A DNA stretch of 64,000 bases from Octopus sinensis. Taxonomy: Eukaryota. How positions within the stretch are numbered: position 1 is the stretch's first letter; each line of letters begins with the position of its first letter. Below are positions 27,269-37,706 of this stretch, piece by piece. The notes under the pieces were generated by a model that was given only the letters and a program-made list of their open reading frames with translations, was not told the DNA's origin and searched no databases. Where the stretch lies: contig NC_043005.1 of NCBI RefSeq assembly GCF_006345805.1, forward strand, positions 5,890,001 to 5,954,000, given 5' to 3'. The position numbers were made by a program, and so were the translations under genes.

Positions 27269-27972
27269 TCTAGGATCTACGTTGTATTTGTTTACTTAAT
27301 GAAATCAAGTCACTGTATACATAGTTTAATATTGTATTTATGACTTAAGACAGCATTGTTATTGCCTTCTACCACCATAAAAATACAGGATGGCCACAAC
27401 AGGAATCTCTGAGCATAAGCCTGCTCGCTCAGGACAGAGATGGGGGTAAACAACAAGAGCAGCATCAAGGGTAACTGCAAATGATAAAACTGTAAAAATA
27501 AAAAAAAATCCATAAAAGAATTAACTAGGTTGGAGTATTAAAGTGATATTATGTGACAATACGTCATTCTTAAACATATATTTATTTAACGTTCCGTAAG
27601 AATTAAGAAGTATCATTAAAAATACAATTAAACCGTTAAGATTCGAGTAAAATCTGTCAATAATATCGATGTGTCAACACTGAAGCCACCAATGTCGTCA
27701 GCTTCGAGATGAGTCACGTATTAACTGACTTGTCTCTAATGGAGCGAGAACACGGTTTATGATGCGTTATCATGAGTTAACAAACTTTTTGTACGAAATG
27801 AGATCATATTGAATGTTATATAAAATATTATAATTACATTCAGTTTTACTGTATTAATATGATGTATAAGATCTATTTTATATTATATCATCGTATTAAT
27901 AATACGTATAAGATTTATATTAGATATATTAAATATGATATTATCGTATTAGTAAAATAAGACATAATAAAA

Positions 27973-28011
<39 letters not shown>

Positions 28012-28739
28012 TGTTATTACAATTAGTTTTATCATAAAAGATTCACCGTATTTTGTAGGGATAAGATTTATCATATTGAATATCATATTAGATATTTTCT
28101 CAATTTATCTTATTATGGGGAATTTATCTTATCCATAATAAGTCTTCTGACTTTTCATATTAAATATTACTAGCTCGTGCGCAACGGAGCGAGCGTACTA
28201 TGTGATGTGCAGAAAGTAACATTTATTGTTCTAAATTAATAAAATCGTCATATGCACGATGAATAGCAAGAATCAAAACGTACTAAATTAGATGACATTA
28301 TCAGCACATATCAATTTTATCACACGGATTTAAAAATAAAAACGTGAAAGACTAACCTTGTCTTCTCTCTCTATTCACAATATTTTTGCGCGAATACTTT
28401 TTCCAATTTACTTTTTTTCCCTAAAATATTTAAAAACCTGTTTATCCCGATTTTCTGACTGCTTTGGGCAAGCTTATTGTTTCGTTTTAAAACACTTATT
28501 AGTTAAAATTATAAATGGAAGCGGCAGACGACAGGGAGAAACTCCCTGTCGTCTGCCGCTTCCATTTCTAATCAGCAAAGGAGAGCCATAGTTATTCGAA
28601 TCGGTAGATCGTCGCCTCATATCTAAGTAACATACAAACCACAAAATATTTTTTCTTTCTTTTCTTTTAATCAATTTATTTTCTCAAACATTTGTTGCTT
28701 TCAATCGTCCCCCCCCCTTATTTTTCAGAGTTGAGCCAT

Positions 28740-29166
28740 ATATTAGTAACTTTTAAACCGCTAGTTTACGATTACGTAAACAAATCAACACTAGTTGTCA
28801 AGCGGTGGTGTTGGACAAACACACTCACATACATACATACATGCATGCATGCATACATACATACATGCATACACACATACATACACACATATATACATAC
28901 ACACACACACATACACACATACATACATACATACATACATACACACATACATACATACATCATACATACATACATACATACATACATACATACATACATA
29001 CATACATACATGACGAGCTCCCTTCAGTTTCCGTTTACTAAATCCACTCATAAGGTCGGCCCGGAGCTATAGTAGAAGACACTTTCCCAAATCCCACGCA
29101 GAAGAACTGAACCCAAAACCATGTGGTTGGGAAGCAAACTTTTTACCACACAGCCATATCTGCACC
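28740..29166 (-). mobile_element. SINE family C with expanded internal (TACA)n
   Basis: Head and body match; ~190 bp of TACA repeat at the internal site. Confidence 0.8.
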
Positions 29167-29233
29167 TAGTCAAGCTTGTTTATTTATTTTCGCGGTTGCC
29201 TTCCTCCCCGTCGTCTGCCTTTTCAATTTAGAT

Positions 29234-29947
29234 CAGTGATTCTCAACCACGATCCTTATGGTCCTTGCGGTCCATATAAGATTTTGTTGTCAAAATTTAT
29301 CTGCAATAAATTGGTTATACTTCTACAATATACATAATATTTTAACAATTTTTTTTATACAATTCCTAATCGAATCACATGGTTCCGGGTTCAGTCCCAC
29401 TGCGTGACACCTTGGGCAGGTGTCTTCTACTATAGCCTCAGGCCGACTAAACCCTTGTGAGTGGATTTGCTAGACGGAAACTGAAAGAAGCCCGTCGTAT
29501 ATCTATGTATGTATGTATGATGTGTGTGTATATGTTTGTGTGTCTGTTTTTGTCCCCCCAACATCGCTTGACAACCGATGCTGGTGTGCTTACGTCCCCG
29601 TAACTTAACGGTTCGGCAAAGAGACCGATAGAATAAGTACTAGGCTTACAAAGAATAAGTCCTGGGGTCCATTTGCTCGAGCACTGCCTTTTAGTCGAGC
29701 AAATGGACCCCAGGACTTATTCTTTGTAAGCCTAGTACTTATTCTATCGGTCTCTTTGCCGAACCGTTAAGTTACGGGGACGTAAGCACACCAGCATCGG
29801 TTGTCAAGCGATGTTGGGGGGACAAACACAGATACAGTCAAACGACTAAAACAAGTAAAAGAGTAAAAGAGAATGGCTAGGAGGGTCCATCTGAATAAAA
29901 TAGAAATCAAAGGGGTCCAGACGTAATGAAATGGTTGAGAAACGCTA
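29234..29947. mobile_element. hAT-type MITE containing a nested SINE
   Basis: TIRs CAGTGATTCTCAACC / GGTTGAGAAACGCTA; exact 8-bp TSD ATTTAGAT at 29226-33 and 29948-55. Confidence 0.88.
29372..29875 (+). mobile_element. SINE family C with an internal inverted duplication, nested in the hAT MITE
   Basis: 5'-truncated head, body, 132-bp palindrome, normal 3' tail AAGTAAAAGAGTAAAAGAG. Confidence 0.88.
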
Positions 29948-30493
29948 ATTTAGATTATTTCAATTTAGAAAGACACTTGGTCGTTGCCCTAACGCTGAGC
30001 AGTCTACTAACATGTAAATATATGTATCACCAGCATGTAAAGATGGAAACTGATTGGGTAGGTGAAGGGAGCTTTGTTAGCATTTGCATTGCTTTATTCA
30101 AATTCTATTTTAATGAATGAAAAAAAAAAAACATCCTGCAACAGATTGTTTTATGTTAAATTTATGATGAAGATGTCAGCTTTTTATAAGCGATGGACTA
30201 AGAAGAATTCCTGTGAGATGTAGGCGGCAGCATAAAATATATTCTCTGAAAGTTCTTGCTCAAAGTGATTGTTAGATCAACAGTAGTGAATCAAAATTTT
30301 TTAAATCTCGCTTTCTCTCTCCTTGCTTCATTTGTGCCGCAGGCATCTTTACGCTTTGATTAAATCACAAGAAATAAATTTTTCTTAGTGAAGGATCATC
30401 ATCATGACTACCGCTACCACCACCTCCACCACCACGACCTCCACCTCCACCGCAGCCGTCACCACCACCATCACCACTAGAAATAGCAGTAGC

Positions 30494-30650
30494 TTCTTCT
30501 TCTTCTTCTTCTTCTTCTCCTCCTCCTCCTCCTCCTCCTCCTCCTCCTTCTTCTTCTTCTTATTCTTCTTTTCTCTTCTTCTTCTTCTTCTTCTTCTTCT
30601 TCTTCTTCTTCTTCTTCTTCTTCTTCTTCTTCTTCGTCGTCGTCGTCGTC
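30494..30650. repeat. (TTC)n/(CTC)n array
   Basis: Direct reading; analogous (GGA/GAA)n at 50220-50365 and (CTA)n at 26628-26740. Confidence 0.95.
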
Positions 30651-30960
30651 TTCATTGTCGCCGTTCCAGTTGCCTTCATTTCCAACCAATCACAGCTCAT
30701 CTGCCCTCGCTACACACGGCCATTTCCGCCAGCAAGCAATACCCGATACATTCATCATTACAAACGACACCCGACACTCTCCTCAATTCATCGTATATCA
30801 CCTGTTCCTTTACCTCTTCACAACAAGGATAATCATTCCCATACATACATACATACACACATACATACATACATACATACATACATACATACATACATAC
30901 ATACATACATACATACATACATACATACATACATACATACATGCATGCATGCATGCATGA

Positions 30961-32298
30961 TGGCCGTCCACTCGTGACCGAGGAAGACCATTGCCGACCT
31001 TCAGGAACATTGTGCGCTCTAGGACTAACTTATATTTTGCATTTGCGGCTCCGTTGGTGGCTAATGAGCCCTGCTCTTGACAAGCATACACGACTGCAAA
31101 CATTGCAGACCAAGCTTTCCCCATTCACTATACGAGCCGTGCGCTTTCGCACAGCTCGCCTAAGTTCTTCATGCTGGATACGTGCTCTCTCAAAAGTGTC
31201 GATCCCCTCCTTAACCTGCTTCCTCCATCTGTGGCGATGACAGGCATTGTTCTCCCAGTCAGTGTCCTGCATATCAAAGGCCTTTAACGAGGACTTAACA
31301 CAGTCCTTAAATCGCAGCCTTGGTTTCTGCTGGAGTCTCCTTCCATTCACAAGTTCTCCATAGAGCATCTGCTTAGGAATCCTTCTATCCTCCATTATAA
31401 TAAGGTGTCCAGTCCAACGCAACCGGTGCTTGTGTACCATCGCCTCAATACTCAAGATATCAGCTGTCCTCAGGATCTGTGTGTCTGGAATTTTTTAGGT
31501 CCAGCCAACATTGAGAATGTGTCTGAGACATCTCTGATGAAAACGTTCAAGGACCCCTTACCTGACGTTTGTACAGAGTCCATGTCTCACATGAGTAGAG
31601 AAGCACTGTCAGTACACAAGCACGGTACACAGCAACTTTTGTTCTCCTTGAGATGCCATGTTGGGACCAGACACGAGACTGAAGAGACCGGAAGGAATTT
31701 GTTGCTCTCTGCAACCTGAAAGATATTTCCTCATCCAGGGAGCAAGAACGGCTGAGTGTGCTGCCCAGGTAGACAAACTTGTCTACTACCTTCAGAATTG
31801 TTCCTTCAACCAAGATAGCTGTTTCTATATATGGATTTCCTGGTGCAGGCTGGAACATTACAACAGTCTTGTCCAGGCTAATGCTGAGTCCAAATGCCCC
31901 GCAAGAAGCAGAAATGCAATTCATGAGTATTTGCATGTCATCTACTGTATGAGTGACTAAGTCACAGTCATCTGCATAAAGGAGGTCACGAATAATAGAC
32001 TGGGAAACCTTTGAATTAGCAGCAAATCGGCGTAGATTAAAGAGGCGGCCAGAAGATCGATATCTGACATATATTCCCAGAGAGCTAACCTTAGCAAAAG
32101 CATGAGTAAAAGTAGCAGCAAAGTACAAAGAAAAGAGAGTTGGGGCAAGGATGTCACCCTGCTTAACACCATTCTCTACAGGAATGGGTCCTGCCATGCC
32201 ACCACCAACATTGACCCAAGCCTCCATCCCATCATGAAATGATTTAATTATAGATACAAAGTGATCCGGACATCCAAGTTTGCCAAGTATTTTCCAAG
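30961..32298 (-). mobile_element. RTE-clade LINE, 5'-truncated, with frameshift and stop; (ATGT)n tail
   Basis: GVKQGDILAPTLF, LLYADD, FVYLGS, LLYSCETW, RLRWTGH..M..RIPKQMLYGEL, C-terminal CxxC..H. Extra G near 31556 and an in-frame TAA near 31495. Both ends embedded in TACA/TGCA repeats. Confidence 0.93.
31030..31455 (-). pseudogene. C-terminal part of RTE ORF2 with zinc-finger-like motif
   Basis: HRLRWTGHLIIMEDRRIPKQMLYGEL...LVCNVCSRVCLSRAGLISHQRS. Confidence 0.88.
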
Positions 32299-32785
32299 TA
32301 TGTATGCATGCATGCATACATACATACATACATACACACACACATATATACATGCATGCATGCATACATACATACATATATACATACATACATACATCCA
32401 TACATGCATGCATGCATACATACATACATGCATGCATGCATACATACACACACACATATGTACATACATACATACATCCATACATGCATGCATGCATACA
32501 TACATACATCCTTACATGCATGCATACATACATCCATACATGCATGCATGCATACATACATACGTACATCCATGCATACATGCATGCATGCATACATACA
32601 TACATACATATACACACACATATATACATCCATACATGCATGCATACATACATACATACATACATACATACATACATACATACATACATACATACACACA
32701 CACACATATCACACACACCACACAAACACGCGCGCACACACACACCACACGCACATACGCATACGCACACACATATGTACACGCT

Positions 32786-32816
<31 letters not shown>

Positions 32817-33380
32817 CGTTTTTGGATTTGGTTTGCAAGATTCTTCATATGAGTTCGTGTGTTGAAGCATATTCTGTTGTGTCTGGGGAGAGTCATTTTC
32901 ATTTTGTGCCTTATAATGTAACACACTTACGGGTAAAATTTAAATAAACGGAAATTTTACCGGTGAGTGTGTTACATAATAAGGCACAAAAAGAAAATGA
33001 CTCTCCCCAGACACAACAGAGTATATTTATACATGCATACATATGCACACACACATATACATGTTTAGTAAGAGTGGTCTCTAATTTAAAGTATTAAAAG
33101 TGTTTGTGACAAAGTCTATTAAATGTACTTTTGTGAAACATGTGTAATGAATGTCAGAAGGCAGTTTAAACAAAATATTGTAACTTAATTAAAGTAGAAA
33201 CGGGTGTTGACAAGTAGCGAAAGTGTGTAGCGGGTATATATGTATGTGAGTGAGGTAAACTATTATAACTTACTTTTGCACAAAATGATTCTGTCGGAAA
33301 CCATTGTAAGCTAATAGGAATGAAGCTAGCTTAATCGAAAATATAGAGTTCATTATGAGTTAGCGGATAAAACTGGCAAT

Positions 33381-33977
33381 ATGTATAGAGTAGATTACAC
33401 TCTTTATAGCAAATTAATCATGAAAGAACTAAACTCCAAATATAAAATTACGGCTAAGAATAATTTGAAAAAAGTAAACCTGGAAATGAAAGAGATTATG
33501 GAGAAATTAAATTTGACGGATAGAACAGAGCCCAGAATCAACCTTAAAGACCACAAAAAGAATTTCTTGGAAAACCCTTCGGTAAGGTTGATTTGCCCAA
33601 CTAAGTCGGACATTGGCCGACTTAGTAAATCTATCCTGGATACTGTTCTACCCCAAATAACCTCTTTTCTTCCCTTAAGCCTATGGCTAAATACAGATGA
33701 AGTTCTAAAATGGTTTAATTCTCTAAATAATACTAGTAGTCTGTCCTTTATTCAGTTCGATATAAATAGTTATTACTCTAGTATTTCCCCTATCTTGCTA
33801 AACAAATCACTAATTTTTGCTATGAATCGCTCCCTCATATCTAGAGAAGAAATCAATATTGTGCTACTAGCTAGGAAAACATTTATAGAATTGAAGATAA
33901 GTTATGGACTAGAGCAGATACACCTAATTATTTTGATATACCCATGGGTTCCAGTGATTCGGCTGAGTGGTAACTAA
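33381..33977 (+). pseudogene. PLE reverse transcriptase, N-terminal part; real frame ends ~33895, then two frameshifts
   Basis: ENPSVRLICPTKSDIGRLSKSILD and SFIQFDINSYYSSI (motif A). Motif B (LWTRADTPNYFDIPMGSSDSAE) lies in a second frame at ~33902-33967 and rejoins the frame of the next ORF. Confidence 0.88.
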
Positions 33978-35865
33978 CCTAGTAGGCGCGTATCTATTAA
34001 AATGCATAAGTAAGGATATTCCAGAACTACAAGGCGGTTTATATAGGGATGATGCTCTGTTTGTTATCCCTAGTAATAATAAATCTAGTATAGAAAGGAT
34101 TAGAAAGAGAATTAATAAGTTTTTTAAAGATTTTAACCTCAACATAACGTATGAACCTGGCACTAAAATAGTTAATTTCCTAGATATTACGTTAGACCTT
34201 AACTCCAAGCTGCATTACCCATTTAGAAAAGAAGGCGAAATCACGAGATACGTAAATAAATTATCCAACCATCCACCAAATATAATTGAATCTTTAGCCA
34301 GAAATATTTCATTAAGAATTTCAAAATTATCTTCAAATAAGGATATATTTAACTCCCATTCTGAGCATTATAATACAGCGTTAACTAAGGCAGGATACAA
34401 TCAAAAAATTACATTCATCGATAAGGGGAACTTACATATTCCTAACAAAGAAGTTATCAGTAATCACATAAGCAGCAATATAGACCAGGCCCGAAATAGA
34501 AGTAGAAATAGATTCACGGTAACCGCAAATCTAGCGTACAAGCCCAATAATTCAAATAGAAGTAAAAACCAAAGCATAGGTAACTCGGATAAAATGGAAT
34601 TAGATAAATCAAAGATGCACACAAATTATAGTAGTAAGTACAATGACTTTGATAAGATGAATAATAATAATAATTCTACGAACCCTGATTTTAATTCAAG
34701 GAAATTTAATAGAAATAAAAATAAAAAAGATATAATATGGCTGAATATTCCTTTCAACTGTGCGATTCAATCGGATATACGGAGCAAATTCAAAGTAATT
34801 CTAGAAAAAAATTTCCCAATCTCTCATAGATATCATAAAATTATTTCTAAGAAAACAGTTATAATTTCTTATTCAACCCTCCCAAATATGTCCACTTTAA
34901 TAGCTAAGATTAATAATAACAACATTAAACTAGCCAGGAAAGATGAAAATAAAAATAATAATAACAACATGAATACCAATAACAATTATAGCAATACTAA
35001 CAACAATAAACGCAACAATAGTAACTATCAAAACACGAATGGAATCAGTAACCACAAAACGACTAATAATAATATTAGCAGTAATAAGAGTAGTAATAAT
35101 ACCGATACTAATAGAAGTAAAAATGTTAATAATAGAAGTAAGGCTAATAGAGAAAACGCGGAGAAGGAAAATATCAATGATATCTATAGCAGCAATATAC
35201 AGTTTGATAATAATACTAACAATAATAGTAACATTACTAATAATGTAAATAATCATGGTAGGACTTTAGACCTAAAAGATGGAGCAATAGGATCAATAAA
35301 TAATAACAATGCTTTAGATAACAGCACCAACTATAAAAATAATAATAATAATAAGGATAATTATACTCATGATAATCAAAATAATAAGAACATAAGACAT
35401 CTACCCATGAATAATCCAACTTCTGAAGTTGTTCCTCCTGCGTGTAAGTGTAGAATTAAGTCAAGATGCCCGGCACCCAGTCTTTGCGGGGAAAATAACG
35501 TAATCTATAAATGTACCATATCTACTGAGAATAACAATTTTTTTTACATTGGGTGCACAATAAATTTTAATAAAAGAGTTAGAAATCACATCTCATCTTT
35601 TGCATTACGTCATAAAGCTGGTACCACCACACTTTCAAGTAAAATCTGGGAACTCAAAAATAATAACAAGAATTATAATCTAAATTGGGAAATAGTTAGG
35701 AGAGCAATACCGTATAAAAATAGCAGGGTTGGTTGCCAACTCTGCTCAATGGAGACCTATGAAATTCTAAGGCATAGAAAAAATAGAAACTTGTTAAATA
35801 ACCATATTGAAGTAGGACAAGTTTGTGTCCACGCTAAATTGAAGACCCTAAAATATTTTAAGTGA
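33967..35865 (+). CDS. PLE RT palm/thumb + Asn-rich inserts + GIY-YIG endonuclease (632-aa ORF; GTG start is artefactual, reached by frameshift)
   Basis: YRDD at 34042-34053, CxC at 35443-35451, VIY/YIG at ~35500-35554, R..H (RVRNH), C-terminal CQLC and CVH. Confidence 0.9.
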   Translation: MVTNLVGAYLLKCISKDIPELQGGLYRDDALFVIPSNNKSSIERIRKRINKFFKDFNLNITYEPGTKIVNFLDITLDLNSKLHYPFRKEGEITRYVNKLSNHPPNIIESLARNISLRISKLSSNKDIFNSHSEHYNTALTKAGYNQKITFIDKGNLHIPNKEVISNHISSNIDQARNRSRNRFTVTANLAYKPNNSNRSKNQSIGNSDKMELDKSKMHTNYSSKYNDFDKMNNNNNSTNPDFNSRKFNRNKNKKDIIWLNIPFNCAIQSDIRSKFKVILEKNFPISHRYHKIISKKTVIISYSTLPNMSTLIAKINNNNIKLARKDENKNNNNNMNTNNNYSNTNNNKRNNSNYQNTNGISNHKTTNNNISSNKSSNNTDTNRSKNVNNRSKANRENAEKENINDIYSSNIQFDNNTNNNSNITNNVNNHGRTLDLKDGAIGSINNNNALDNSTNYKNNNNNKDNYTHDNQNNKNIRHLPMNNPTSEVVPPACKCRIKSRCPAPSLCGENNVIYKCTISTENNNFFYIGCTINFNKRVRNHISSFALRHKAGTTTLSSKIWELKNNNKNYNLNWEIVRRAIPYKNSRVGCQLCSMETYEILRHRKNRNLLNNHIEVGQVCVHAKLKTLKYFK

Positions 35866-37366
35866 ATAACTGTATAGAATAATCATAACAAGATAGGTAG
35901 ATAAATATAACCGGGTCTTTAATAGTATAACATTACTTTTAAGTAGATATCTGCGATTTCTCACACTATACTTACCTTTTTCTTTGTAACTACACCTGAT
36001 TTTAAGCATTGGGAAATAAAATAGTACTCGTACATTGCTTAAATGAAAGTTTATTTAATTCTTAATTCTTAAATCTTAATTTTTAGTGTTTATTTAATTC
36101 TTAAATCTTAATTTAAAATTTTTAATTTTGGAACTTAATCTAGTTTAGGTAACACTACTTTAATAAATTAAGTTACTAAGGCTTAACAATTCTATTACAA
36201 AATTAATTAAGTGAAGAAACTCCCTTGAAAGTAGTATGATAAACTTCAATAAAATAGACAATTCCATCACACCTTGTTAATTAAATTCTAGCTTTTGACC
36301 GGTAGTCCGTTAATGTATTGATAGTAACGGCTACAATTTTTAAGACAGTAACATGAATAAATAAATAAATAAATTAAATGACCTCTGGTTAAGGTTGCAC
36401 TTAGATCCTTTCTCTTAATGTATTTCCTTTTGACGATAGCTTTTGACCCCTCTACCCCTGACCTTGTTTATCTCTTTAAATTCTCTTTAGATTCATATCT
36501 GCTTTCATCCGTGTCAGGTTGATAGTAATTAGCTGTGTACTGGTCAAAAAAATAAATTTTTTTCCTCATAGTTCCTGAATTCTTAAAGATTCAAGCTAAC
36601 TAAATTATCTACAAATTCTTCTGTATTTGGTCACTAAAAAACCCCCTCCCGCTAAGTTGTCCCAGTATACTCTATATAGGCGCCTTTTCTTTTCTCCCTA
36701 TCCCACTTTTTTCTTTTTTTCTTTTCCTTTTTCTTTTTTCTTTTTCTTTTTCTCTTTCTTTTTCTTTTCTATCCTTCTCCCCCGTTTCTCTTTCTCTTTT
36801 CTTTTTCTTTTTCTTTTTCTTTTCCTTCTTTCTTCTTCTTCTCCTTTTTCTTTTTCTTTTTTCCTTGTCTCTTTCCTTTTTCTTTTATTTTATTTTCTTT
36901 GCCCCACAAATAAATTCCTTCAGCCTTTAGAATTCTTAACATAGTAGTTTTGCACGGAGAGCAGTAATATGGCAAATTACCTTATCATAAAGCATGAAAT
37001 GATTGTGGATTAATAATGGTTAAATACATCGTCTGTGAGTATGAAATTCCTCCTCTTACCGCTGGAAATTTAAATCTTCACTATGGATTAATTCACCTTT
37101 TCTGTGAAGCTAATAAGTCTTTAAAAACCTGTGATAAGTCTGTGCATCATCCTCCTCATATCTCTGGAAATTTAAATCTACACTATGGATTAATTCATCT
37201 TCTCTTCGAAACTAATAAGTTTTTAAAAATCTGTGATAAGACTGTGCATCATCATTAAGGAACTTTGGAAAACTGTTTACAACCTATATCTGCCTCTAAT
37301 GGAACTATCTCCAATATTTCATGAGTATAACCTCACCCACTAAGATGTCTAGAGAACTCATATGTA

Positions 37367-37457
37367 TTTTAGCTGATGAGTACGGGACACTTTTATCTGC
37401 TGCAATTTTTGCAACTTGTAATAAAGCCTGTCTTTGTATGAAACAATTGTACTAAAA
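37367..37457 (+). ncRNA. Type I hammerhead ribozyme with extended stem II in the PLE 3' region
   Basis: Stem I TTTTAG(37367-72)/CTAAAA(37452-57). Core CTGATGA 37373-79. Stem II GTAC..GTAT extended by GGGACA/TGTCTT. GAAA 37440-43. Stem III C-AATT-G with palindromic loop. GUA cleavage triplet 37449-51. Confidence 0.85.
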
Positions 37458-37599
37458 ACTAATCCATTCTTGTTGCTTCTTTCTCGTTTATATATATATA
37501 TATATGTATGTATCTATATATCTATACATATACATAGGATCACAGATACATGCATGCATTTCTTATATATATATACATACAATACTTTATGTGTATGTA

Positions 37600-37649
<50 letters not shown>

Positions 37650-37675
37650 TACACACTCAGGGAGACATAATTGTG

Positions 37676-37706
<31 letters not shown>

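Larger units (their letters stand above)
33340..37489 (+). mobile_element. Penelope-like retroelement (PLE), C-terminal GIY-YIG type, probably Hydra clade; 5'-truncated, 3' end abuts (TA)n
   Basis: RT motifs ADKTGNMY, FDINSYYSSI, FDIPMGSSDSAE, GGLYRDD, VNFLDITLD. Then IIWLNIPF...SYSTLPN, CKC-x5-CP-x4-C, VIY..YIG and CQLC..E..CVH. Long 3' region with a hammerhead, followed by a (TA)n run. Clade assignment is from recalled motif signatures, not a tree. Confidence 0.92.

Noticed and set aside
32299-32926. N-terminal ~210 aa of the 459-aa minus-strand ORF
   Set aside because: Microsatellite and foldback sequence read through in frame with the truncated RTE RT.
33381-35865. Selenoprotein-type (Naiad) PLE
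   Set aside because: The endonuclease is C-terminal, Cys codons are TGT/TGC, and no in-frame TGA replaces Cys.
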